Positions 29,766 to 40,800 of a DNA stretch of 64,000 nt are shown here, piece by piece (position 1 is the stretch's first letter; each line of letters starts with the position of its first letter). The DNA is taken from assembly GCA_934162205.1 (NCBI GenBank), contig CAKPIA010000002.1, positions 100,494 through 164,493 on the forward strand. The letters are read 5' to 3'. Made by a program: the position numbers and the translations under genes. This DNA comes from an uncultured Clostridia bacterium (GTDB lineage Bacteria > Bacillota > Clostridia > TANB77 > CAG-508). A model generated the notes under the pieces. The model did no database searches. It worked only from the letters and a program-made list of their open reading frames with translations, and was not told where the DNA came from.

Positions 29766-30068
29766 ATGGAAGAAAAAATTCTTACTATATTATTAGATAT
29801 ACAAAAAGATGTTAAAGAACTAAAAGAAAGAGTAACTAGCTTAGAAGAAAAGGTCGATAGACTAGAAAAGAGAATTGATAGCCTAGAAAAGAGAATGGAT
29901 AGACTAGAAAAGAGAATGGATAGCCTAGAAAAGAGAATGGATAGACTAGAAAAGAGAATGGATAGGCTAGAGGGAAGAGTAGAATGTCTAGAAGGACAAA
30001 GACATATTGATAGTATTAATATTGCAAAAATATTAGAATATCAAATACAAATGGTTAAACATTATTAA
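29766..30068 (+). CDS. Small coiled-coil protein built from heptad repeats LEKRMD(R/S)
   Basis: RBS GGAGGTGG, ATG at 29766. Six tandem 7-aa repeats. Confidence 0.5.
   Translation: MEEKILTILLDIQKDVKELKERVTSLEEKVDRLEKRIDSLEKRMDRLEKRMDSLEKRMDRLEKRMDRLEGRVECLEGQRHIDSINIAKILEYQIQMVKHY
29866..29991 (+). repeat. 21-bp tandem repeat x6 (gatagMctagaaaagagaatg) within the coding sequence
   Basis: Near-identical in-frame units. Confidence 0.8.
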
Positions 30069-30167
30069 TTCACATTATGTTTACAAAAATGTAAAAATAT
30101 GGTATAATATAATTGTTAAGAAAGATTCTAATACTAAAAAAAGATGAAAAAAGCAGGAGGAAACAAT

Positions 30168-30377
30168 ATGATAATAACAATTGAAAACAAAATTTATCAA
30201 TACGAAATTATTAAAAACGAATCTTGTAAAACATTTATTTATTATCTTATGCAAGAAATTGTTGAGATGATAAATAAATTAAGGAGCAGACAATTGTTTT
30301 ATTGTCTGACACCACATGAAAGAAATGTGGCAGAGGAAATAGAAGAAAAATATAGAAAAGAAAATAAAATTTTTTAG
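30168..30377 (+). CDS. Hypothetical small protein
   Basis: RBS AGGAGG before ATG at 30168. Confidence 0.35.
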   Translation: MIITIENKIYQYEIIKNESCKTFIYYLMQEIVEMINKLRSRQLFYCLTPHERNVAEEIEEKYRKENKIF

Positions 30378-30578
30378 TATTAGAAGTATATTAAAGGGAG
30401 TTACAAATGTAGCTCCTTATTTTTTAAGATTTAGGAAATTGTTATAATATTATAACTTTTTGTTATATAAATAATTTTGTTAAGTGCTATTCATGTCCAA
30501 AATTCATTAAATATTTCTTGACTTTAAAGTTTTTTTGATATAATAATAAAATATACTAAAATAAAGAAAGGAAAAAAC

Positions 30579-32762
30579 ATGGAAAAAATAATAAAAACAA
30601 TATCAGAAGAATTAGGAGTTAAATATTATCAAGTAGAAAATACAATTAAATTAATAGACGAAGGAAATACAATACCATTTATTGCACGTTATAGAAAAGA
30701 AGCAACAGGGGGATTAAGTGACGAAATTTTAAGAGATTTAAATGAAAGATTGACTTATTTAAGAAACTTAGAAAAGAGAAAAGAAGAAGTTATAAATTCA
30801 ATTGATGAGCAAGGAAAGCTTACAGATGAAATTCTTAAATCTGTTGCTATTGCAAAAACATTAGCAGAGGTCGAAGATATATATAGACCATATAAACAAA
30901 AGAAAAAGACAAGAGCTACAGTTGCTAAAGCAAAGGGATTAGACCCTTTAGCTGAAATTATTATTGCACAAGAAGAAAAAGAAGAAATAAAAGAAATTGC
31001 TAAAAATTATATAAATGTAGATAATTTATCTGATGAAGATAAAAAGAATAAAGATAAAATTGTTGCAACAGCAGAAGATGCTATTCAGGGTGCATTAGAT
31101 ATTATTGCAGAAGCTATCTCTGATAATGCAGATTACAGAAAACAAATAAAGAAAATTTGTTATAGAGAAGGATTAGTTCTTACAAAAGCTGCTAAAGAAG
31201 ACGAAAAATCAAATTATGAAATGTATTATGATTATAGTGAATCAATAAATAGGATTCCTAGTCATAGAATTTTAGCAATTAATAGAGGAGAAAAAGAAGA
31301 ATTCTTAAAAGTAAAATTAGAAAAACCAGAAGATAAAATTTTAAAAATAATCGAAAGGGATTTAATAAAAGGTGAAACTCAATTTACAGAAATGCTAAAA
31401 GTAACAATAGAAGATGCATTTAAAAGATTAATTGAACCATCGATAGACAGAGAAATACGTGCAGATTTAACAGAAAAAGCAGAAGAAAAAGCAATAAAAG
31501 TTTTTGGACAAAATTCTAAACAATTATTATTAGGAGCACCAATAAAAAATAAAACAGTTATGGGATTTGATCCAGCATATAGAACTGGTTGTAAAATAGC
31601 TGTAATAGATGAAACTGGAAAAGTTTTAGATTATACAACAGTATATCCAACAGAACCTCAAAATGATGTTGAAGGGGCCAAAAAAGAATTACTAAAGTTA
31701 ATAGATAAAGATAAAATTGATATGATAGCAATTGGAAATGGTACAGCTTCAAGAGAATCAGAAATGTTTGTATCAGATATGATAAAAGAAGCATCAAGAC
31801 CTGTTCATTATGTTATAGTTAGTGAAGCGGGAGCATCTGTATATTCTGCATCAAAACTTGCAACAGAAGAATATCCAGACATAAATGTTTCAATAAGAGG
31901 AGCAATATCTATAGCAAGACGTTTACAAGATCCTCTTGCAGAACTTGTAAAAATTGACCCAAAAGCAATTGGAGTTGGACAATATCAACATGATGTTAAT
32001 CAAAAAAGATTAGCTGAAAGTTTGACAGGGGTAGTAGAAGATAGTGTTAATAAAGTTGGGGTAGATGTTAATACTGCAACACCATCATTACTTTCATATG
32101 TTTCTGGAATTAATTCTACAATAGCAAAAAATATAGTTAAATATAGAGACGAAAATGGTAAATTAAAAAATAGAAAAGAATTATTAAAGGTTCCTAAACT
32201 TGGTAAGGCTGCATTTGAACAATGTGCTGGATTTTTAAGAATAATTGATGGAGATAATCCATTAGAAATAACTGCTGTTCACCCAGAAAGTTATGAAGCA
32301 ACAGAAAAGTTATTAAGTAGTATAGGATTTGATAAAAATGATTTGAAAAATAAAGAAAGATTAGAAGAATTAAGAAATAAACTAAAATTGCTTGATATTG
32401 CTAAGGTTGCAAAAGAAATTGAAATAGGTGAAATGACATTAAAAGATATAATAGATGAACTTATAAAACCAGGAAGAGATCCACGTGAAGATATGCCAAA
32501 ACCTATTTTAAGATCAGATGTTTTAAAATTGGATGATTTAAAAGAGGGAATGATACTTACTGGAACAGTAAGAAATGTTATTGATTTTGGAGCATTTGTA
32601 GATATTGGAGTAAAACATGATGGATTAGTTCATATTTCTGAAATGAGTGATAAATATATAAAAAATCCATCAGACATTGTATCTGTTGGAGATATTGTAA
32701 AAGTAAAAGTTATAAAAATAGATAAAGAAAGACAAAAAGTTGGATTAAGTATGAAAATATAA
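30579..32762 (+). CDS. tex: Tex-like transcription accessory protein (HhH, YqgF, S1 domains)
   Basis: N-terminal ...IPFIARYRKEATGGL; C-terminal S1 domain. Confidence 0.9.
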   Translation: MEKIIKTISEELGVKYYQVENTIKLIDEGNTIPFIARYRKEATGGLSDEILRDLNERLTYLRNLEKRKEEVINSIDEQGKLTDEILKSVAIAKTLAEVEDIYRPYKQKKKTRATVAKAKGLDPLAEIIIAQEEKEEIKEIAKNYINVDNLSDEDKKNKDKIVATAEDAIQGALDIIAEAISDNADYRKQIKKICYREGLVLTKAAKEDEKSNYEMYYDYSESINRIPSHRILAINRGEKEEFLKVKLEKPEDKILKIIERDLIKGETQFTEMLKVTIEDAFKRLIEPSIDREIRADLTEKAEEKAIKVFGQNSKQLLLGAPIKNKTVMGFDPAYRTGCKIAVIDETGKVLDYTTVYPTEPQNDVEGAKKELLKLIDKDKIDMIAIGNGTASRESEMFVSDMIKEASRPVHYVIVSEAGASVYSASKLATEEYPDINVSIRGAISIARRLQDPLAELVKIDPKAIGVGQYQHDVNQKRLAESLTGVVEDSVNKVGVDVNTATPSLLSYVSGINSTIAKNIVKYRDENGKLKNRKELLKVPKLGKAAFEQCAGFLRIIDGDNPLEITAVHPESYEATEKLLSSIGFDKNDLKNKERLEELRNKLKLLDIAKVAKEIEIGEMTLKDIIDELIKPGRDPREDMPKPILRSDVLKLDDLKEGMILTGTVRNVIDFGAFVDIGVKHDGLVHISEMSDKYIKNPSDIVSVGDIVKVKVIKIDKERQKVGLSMKI

Positions 32763-32775
32763 AAAATAAAAAAAT

Positions 32776-32806
32776 AAAAGTTTGATGACAAACTTTTATT
32801 TTTTTT
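32776..32806. terminator. Bidirectional terminator between tex and the minus-strand membrane gene
   Basis: aaaagtttg-atga-caaacttttatttttttt. Confidence 0.65.
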
Positions 32807-32824
32807 GTTTACATTTTATAAAAT

Positions 32825-33577
32825 TTATTCAGATATAGGACCATTATCTTCTGGTTGTACTTCTGTAGTTTTAGTACTTATAGTATTTCCAGCTAAGTCT
32901 TCATAGAAGATAACTAAAGCAACTTGTAAATAAGGTGCTATCCATAACATACCAATACCTAATGTAAATACTGATAAAATAAACCATCCTATAAATGTAA
33001 TTGGTAACCAAAACCAAGCCCATTTATGACCTTGCATTAATTCTTCACTTTTTTCAACTATAGATTTTGAATCCATATCTGGGTTATCATATAAAATGTA
33101 TTGAGCTAAAACATATGAGAATCCTTTAACAATTGCCCATATTAAAGAAACAATATAAAGAATAACTCCTAATATAGCTAAAAATCCCATGCTTTCTCCA
33201 GATACAATAGTTCCGGCTCCACCAACAGCAATTAGTACTATAGAAATAATTATTGCAATCATAGGAAGAAGCATTTTTAATATTGTTTGCCCAATTACTC
33301 CCCAAACTTTTCCGAATTGATTAAATCCATTTTTAAAGAAGTCAATATATCCAACTTCTTCATTTCTTTTTAGTTTTATAATTGAAACTAAAAATCCAAA
33401 AGTAAGTACTGGAGTAATTACTAAATTTATAAGTCCTCCAATCATAGGGATTAAGTTAAGTAAAAATGAAATTAAATATTCAATAACTCCAAATACTAAT
33501 GTTAATAATGCTGCTTTTCCCCATTTACCTGTTAAATTGTTACGAGCTTCTGCTCTAATTTGTGATGATACCATCAT
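32825..33577 (-). CDS. Polytopic membrane protein (DUF975-like, uncertain)
   Basis: RBS AGGGGG. Five to six TM helices. Likely co-transcribed with the upstream RR gene (34-bp gap). Confidence 0.45.
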   Translation of the reverse strand: MMVSSQIRAEARNNLTGKWGKAALLTLVFGVIEYLISFLLNLIPMIGGLINLVITPVLTFGFLVSIIKLKRNEEVGYIDFFKNGFNQFGKVWGVIGQTILKMLLPMIAIIISIVLIAVGGAGTIVSGESMGFLAILGVILYIVSLIWAIVKGFSYVLAQYILYDNPDMDSKSIVEKSEELMQGHKWAWFWLPITFIGWFILSVFTLGIGMLWIAPYLQVALVIFYEDLAGNTISTKTTEVQPEDNGPISE

Positions 33578-33611
33578 AAAACCCCCTTAAATAATATATA
33601 TTAATAAATTA

Positions 33612-34673
33612 TTAATATTTTTCTTGAATTTCCTTTATTTTGTCATAATCATTATTTAAAATATCTAAGAATACATCTGTTAATTCTGGATCAAATTGTG
33701 TTCCTCTATTTTTTGCAAATTCTTCTTTAACTACTTCAATTGGCAAAGAATCTCTATAAGTTCTTTTAGAAGTCATAGCATCAAAACTATCTGCAATAGT
33801 AGCTATTCTTGCAAGATATGGAATATCTTCACCTTTTAACTGACTTGGATAACCATGACCATCATATCTTTCATGATGATGTTTAACAATTGGTATAATA
33901 TCTTTAAAAATTGTTGCATTTGATAAGATATGAGCACCAATTGATGGATGATTTTTAATTTGAGAATATTCATCATCAGTTAATCTTTCTGTTTTTTGAA
34001 TTATGCTATCTGGTACACCAATTTTTCCTATATCATGGAAAAGACCACCTATTTCAAGTGTTTTTAAATCAGTATCTGATAATCCAAGTTTCTTACCTAT
34101 TAATATAGAATATTCAGAAACTCTATCAGAATGACCTCTTGTATATGTATCTTTAGCTTCAACAGTATATCTTAATGTTTGAATACTTTCTAAGTAAGCT
34201 TTTTCTAGTTTGTCATATGTGTCAGAAAGTTCAACATTTATTCTTTTTATTTCATTCATTTGTGCAATTGATTTTAAACCTGATTCTATTAATAAAAGTA
34301 ATTGATCAAATTTATCTCCTTTTTCACAATAACCTTGAATATCTAATCTTCTTATAGTTTCAAGTGGAGGAGCTAAATCTTTGTGCCCTGTTAATAATAA
34401 TATATATAAATCTTTATCAAATTTTCTTATTTCTTCTACAACTTGGTCACCATGCAAAGGTGTCATGATAAAGTCTAATATTAATAAATCATAATGTTCT
34501 TTTTTTAATAACTCTATTGCTTCCATTGGATCTGTTAAACCAGTTAAAGTATAACCAGATCTTCTTAAAAAGACAGAAAGAGAATCAATTATTCCTGCTT
34601 CATCATCTACAGCAATTATTTTATACTTAGAATTAGGATTATTTTCTTGTTGTTGAGCAATTCCTTTTCTCAT
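33612..34673 (-). CDS. Two-component response regulator: receiver domain plus HD-GYP output domain
   Basis: RBS GAAGGAGG, then ATG (MRKGIAQ...). Receiver acidic pocket DDE...D, HD motif FHDIGK, HHERYDGHGYP. Confidence 0.85.
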   Translation of the reverse strand: MRKGIAQQQENNPNSKYKIIAVDDEAGIIDSLSVFLRRSGYTLTGLTDPMEAIELLKKEHYDLLILDFIMTPLHGDQVVEEIRKFDKDLYILLLTGHKDLAPPLETIRRLDIQGYCEKGDKFDQLLLLIESGLKSIAQMNEIKRINVELSDTYDKLEKAYLESIQTLRYTVEAKDTYTRGHSDRVSEYSILIGKKLGLSDTDLKTLEIGGLFHDIGKIGVPDSIIQKTERLTDDEYSQIKNHPSIGAHILSNATIFKDIIPIVKHHHERYDGHGYPSQLKGEDIPYLARIATIADSFDAMTSKRTYRDSLPIEVVKEEFAKNRGTQFDPELTDVFLDILNNDYDKIKEIQEKY

Positions 34674-34856
34674 ATAATTACCTCCTTCTACAATTACTGA
34701 CATTATATTAATAAATCATTAAAAAATCAATCATTTTATAAAAAAATTGCAAAAATCATTAAAAAAATTTATATTTTGTAAAATAAATTGCTTTTTTTTT
34801 ACAATAGGGTTATAATTTAAGCGATTATTAAAATTAAATTGTCAAAAGGTGATTAG

Positions 34857-37800
34857 ATGGAAAAAAAGGATGTTTATGAATTAACAAATCCACAAAAATC
34901 TATATGGAATACAGAATTGTTTTTCAGTAATACAACTGTAAATAATATATGCGTTTCAGGGATTATTAATGAAGAGGTTAATATAGAAATTTTGAAAAAA
35001 GCTATTAACTTGTTGGTTAAAGAAAATGATAGTTTTAGAACAAAATTAATAGTTAATGATAGTATACCAGTTCAATTTTTTAGTGAGTATATACCATTTG
35101 ATATTGATGTTACTAAAGTTGAAAATAAAAAAGAATTTAAGAAAATTGAACAACAAATGGTAGAAGAAAAATTTAATTTGATAAATTCTGAATTATATAA
35201 ATTTAAAATAGTAAAATTTCCTGATAATACTGCGGGAATTATTTTGAATGTTCATCATATGATTGCAGATTCTTGGTCATTGGGAATTACAATACAGGAA
35301 ATTGTAAAAATATATAAAACACTATTAGAAAATAAAGAATATATTTCAGATACTTTTTCTTATAAAAATTATATTGAGTCAGAAAGGGAATATAAAAATA
35401 GTAAGCGATTTGACAAAGATAAAGAATTCTGGAATGAGTATTTATCAGAAAATGTTGAACCTGTTTCAATTCCTTCTATAAATAGAAATATAGAAGTGAA
35501 ATCTTCTAATGGAAAAAGAACTTCATATGTATTAAAAAAAGATGTAATGAACAAAATTACAGAATTTTGCGAAAAAAATAAAATTTCAAATTATGTATTT
35601 TTTATGTCTGTTTTTTCAATATATATAGGAAATATGGCAAACACAGATAAATTCCTTTTAGGTACACCTATTTTAAATAGATTAAATTTCAAAGATAAAA
35701 AAACAGAGGGTATGTTTGTTACAACAGTACCTTTTAAAGTTGATATAGAAAATAATACATTTACAGAATTTGCTATAGATAACAATATTAATTTAATGTC
35801 TGTTTTAAGACATCAAAAATATTCATATACAGATATTATAGAAGATGTAAGAACAAAAAATCCTGACATTCCAAATCTTTATGATATTGCTATATCATAT
35901 CAAATAACAAAAGCAACTGCAGACGATATAGGAAATTATACAACAAATTGGACATTTAATAATAACTGTTTAAATGATATGAATATACATTTATATGATA
36001 TTAATGATACTGGAGAACTTAAAGTAGATTATGATTTCTTAACAGATAAATATTCAGAAAAAGAGATAGAAAATGGGCACAATAGAATTATACATATAAT
36101 AGAGCAAATTATAGAAAATCCTGATATAAATGTTCAAGATATAGAAATTGTAACAAATGATGAAAAGGAACAAATTGTTAATAAATTTAATAATAGAAAA
36201 CTAAAATGTCCTTTTGATAAAAATATTATAGAAATCTTTGAAGAACAAGTGGTAAAAAATGAAGATGAGATAGCACTTGTTTATAAAGAAAATCAATTTA
36301 CTTATAAAGAATTAAATAAAATTGTTAATAAATTTGCTAGATTCTTAAAGGAACAAGGAATAAATAAAAATGATATTGTAGGAGTTTATATGAACAAAAA
36401 TTATTGGTTTATTATATCAATTCTTGCAATTCAAAAATTAGGTGCAGCATATACACCAATGCACCCAGAATATCCAGAAGAAAGAGTAAATTATATATTA
36501 AATGATTGTAATTCAAAAGTATTAATAACAGATCAAGAAATATCTAATAAAGAATATAAAATAATAAATCCAAATCAAATATCTTTGGATTCTTTTGAAG
36601 ATACGAATTTAAATGAAGAATTTGATAGTAATACTTTGTGTTACGTTATATATACATCAGGTTCTACAGGAAAACCAAAAGGTGTTATGCTTACACATAG
36701 AAACTTGATTAATTTTGTATATAACTTTAATGAAGGCTTCAATACAAAATTTTCAAGAAATGATAATTGTTTATCACTTACAAATATTTCATTTGATGTT
36801 AGTGTATGCGAAATCTTTACACCATTAACACTAGGGGCTACATTAGTTATTTATCCAGAAAATACCTTAACAGATATTCATATGTTATGTGATCTTATAG
36901 AAAAAGAAAAAATAACATTTTTATATCTTCCACCAAGTGTTTTAAAAGATGTATATGAATTTATAAAAACAAATAATTATAAGTTTTATGTAGAAAAAAT
37001 GCTTGTTGGAGTTGAAGCAATTAAGAACTTAGATCTTAATAATTTGCTTTCATTGAATAAAAATCTTGAAATAGTTAATGGGTATGGACCAACAGAAACA
37101 ACAATATGTTCTACATTTTATAAATATGAGTTTAATAAAAAGAATGATGAAATTGTACCTATTGGATATCCATTAAGAAATAACGACATATATATTGTAA
37201 ATAAATTTAATAATTTACAACCAGTAGGAATACCAGGAGAATTAATAATATCAGGAGATAGCGTTTCTTTAGGATATTTAAATAATCTTGAAAAGACAGA
37301 AGAGTCATTTAAAAAGATTTCTAAACTAAAAAATGATATTTTCTATAAAACTGGTGATATTTCATATTGGAATGAAAATGGTTTCTTAAATTTCATAGGC
37401 AGACAAGATTCTCAAATAAAGTTTAGAGGACATAGAATTGAATTAAATGAAATAAATAATAATATAAAAATGATAAAAGGAGTTACAAATAGTATTACAA
37501 TATTAAAAAATATTAATGAAATACCATGTATTTGTAGTTATTTATCAAATGATGACAATATTATAACAGAGGATTATGTTAAAATTAAATTAAATGAAAT
37601 TTTACCATATTATATGATTCCAACACATGTAGTTTGTATGGAACAATTACCAATTAATAAAAGCGGAAAAGTAGATAAAAATTTATTGCCGGAAGTTTCT
37701 ATAACATCATTAAAATTTGTTGAAGCTTCTACATTAACGGAAATCAAAGTACATCAAATTTTATGCAAATTATTAAATTTGAATAAGATTTCTGTAATTG

Positions 37801-40800
37801 ATAACTTGTTTGAGTTGGGCATGGATTCTTTAATTTGTATAAGATTTTCTTTAGAAATTTATAATAATTTTAATATAAATATTTCTATAAAAGATTTATT
37901 TAAATATAATACAATTCAAGAAATATCAAAATATATAGATGAGGCAGATACAGCTTATAAGAACGAAGATGTACATATATATCCAAAAGAATTTAGTTAT
38001 CCATTATCATCTGCACAAAAAAGAATATATTATGCAACAAAATCAGCGGGAGAAAATTCACTTTTATATAATGTAAGCGGTGGTCTTTTCATTAAAGAGT
38101 TTTTAGATGCTGAAAAAGTAAATAAAATTTTTAATATATTAGTAGAGAAAAATAGCTCTTTGCGTACTTATTTTAAAATTGACAATGGAGAGCCAAGACA
38201 ATTTGTAATGGATTCAATATCTGTAAAAATTAATACATATAAGAATAAAGATATAATTAGAAATAATATATCTACATTAATTAATGCTTTTCCTAAGTCT
38301 TTTGATTTAGAATTTGCACCATTATTAAGAGTGGAATTACATTATATAAAAGATGGAACTTTAATATTAGTTGATTCACATCATATTATATTGGATGGAA
38401 CTTCTTTAAATATATTATTAAAAGATTTTTGTTATCTATATAATAATGAAGAATATGCTTATAACAAAGAAATAGAATATAAAGATTATTCTATTTGGGA
38501 AGATAATCTAATTAATACTTCTAGTTTTGAAATTATTAGAAATTATTGGAAGGAACGTTTCGAAAATTTTGAAATACCAGTAATTAATTTACCGTATGAT
38601 TATGCAGTTGGAGAAAAGAGAACATTTAATGGAAATAAATTATATTTTAAAATAGATAAAAAATTGTTTGAAAAAACAGAAAGAATTTCTAAAAAATATA
38701 ATGTGTCTTTATATATGATGTTTTTAACAAACTTATACTTAATGCTTTATAAATATACAGGACAAAATAATATAATAATAGGATCACCAATAGAGGCAAG
38801 GAACTCTATAAAATTAAATGATATAATAGGAATGTTTGTTAATAATATTGCTTTAAACTTAAATATTTTAGATGATTACACTTTAGAAAATTTAATTAAA
38901 AAAGTAAAAAGTTTGGTTTTAGGTTCTTTAACCAACCAACCTTATCCTTATGAGATGTTATTGAAAGATTTAAATATTCCTTCAACAACTTCATTATTTG
39001 ATGTTGTATTTACATTTCAAAATAATACAAATATAAATAATAGAATAAATAATAAAGTGTTAGAACTAATACCATCAAATACTCATACATCTAAATTTAA
39101 TTTGACTTTTGAAATAGATCCATCAACATATAATTTAAATATTGAGTATAATACAGATTTGTTTAAAAAAGAAACTATATGTAGCTTTTATAATCATTAT
39201 ATATATTTATTAGAGAATTTTGTTAGAAATCTTAATACAAAAGTTTCGGAAATAGATATTATTACTAAAAAAGAAGACGAATTACTAGCAATATTTAATA
39301 AAACAGATGGAAAAATTAACAATGATACAGTTGTATCTATAATAGAAGAACAAGTAAAAAAACATCCTAATAATATAGCAGTAATTTGTGACGATAAAAC
39401 GCTAACTTACAGAGAGTTAAATGATAAAGCTAATAGTTTAGCTCATGTGTTAATAGAAAAGGGAATTCAACCTAATGATATTGTTTGTATTATGACAAAC
39501 CGTTCATTAGAGACGATTGTGTGTATGTTAGGAATATTAAAAGCAGGAGCAGCATTTTTAAATGTTGATCCTACATATCCAATAGATAGAACTAAATATT
39601 ATTTAGAAAATTCAAAGACACAATATGTATTAACACAAGCTTGTTTGAAAGAAAAAGTTAAAGAAATAGAAAATTGTATAGAAATTGACTTGGAAAATGA
39701 TTTGTATAATAAAAAATGTAAAAACCCAAATGTAAAAGTTCAACCAAATGATTTATCATATATTATATATACATCTGGTTCAACAGGAACACCAAAAGGT
39801 GTAATGCTTAATCAAGTTGGTTTCGCCAATATGGCAAAAGCTATGACTAAGGTTCTAGATTATTTAAAAGAGGGAAATAAGCATTGTTTAATATCAGTAA
39901 CATCAACTCCATTTGATATATTTGTATATGAAATAATTGTTTCATTAACTCATGGATTAAAAATATTAATGGCAAATAATGCTGAACATAGAAATCCAGT
40001 ATTATTAGATGCATTAATAAAAAAATATAATGGTGATGTTATGACTGTTACTCCAAGTCTTATGAAAATAAATTATGATAATAGGCTTCAACCATCTGCA
40101 CTTTCTAATGTAAAACATATGGTATTTGGAGGAGAACCTCTTCCAGAAAAATTTGTTAGTGATTTAAGAGAGCTTTCAGAAGGAGTTACAATATATAATA
40201 TTTATGGCCCAAGTGAAATTACCATTTTATCAAATGTTCAGAAACTTGAAAAAAATGACAAAATAACAGTAGGACCACCTATTATGAATACACAAATACA
40301 TATATTAGATAAATTTGGAAAAAGAGTTCCAATAGGTGTTGTTGGAGAAATATACATATCTGGTATTCAAGTAGGACGAGGTTATTTAGGAAAACCAGAA
40401 ATGACTAAAGAAAGATTTTTAGATAACCCATTTGGTGAAGGAAAAATGTATAAATCAGGAGATATTGGAAGATGGACCTTTGATGGTAAAGTTCAATGTT
40501 TAGGTAGAGTTGATCATCAAATAAAACTACGTGGACTAAGAATAGAATTAGGCGAAATTGAAAACAAAATGGAATCTATAAAAGGTGTAATTGCTAGTGT
40601 TGTCAACAAAGTAGAATATAATGGAAAAGAAGTGCTTTGTGGATATTATGTTTGTAACAAAGAAGAAGTAACAGAACAGATTGTAAAAGAATATCTAAGA
40701 AAAGAATTGCCATATTATATGGTTCCAACATATATAATGAAATTAAAGGAAATGCCATATACAATAAATAGAAAAATAGATAGAAAAGCATTACCATTAC

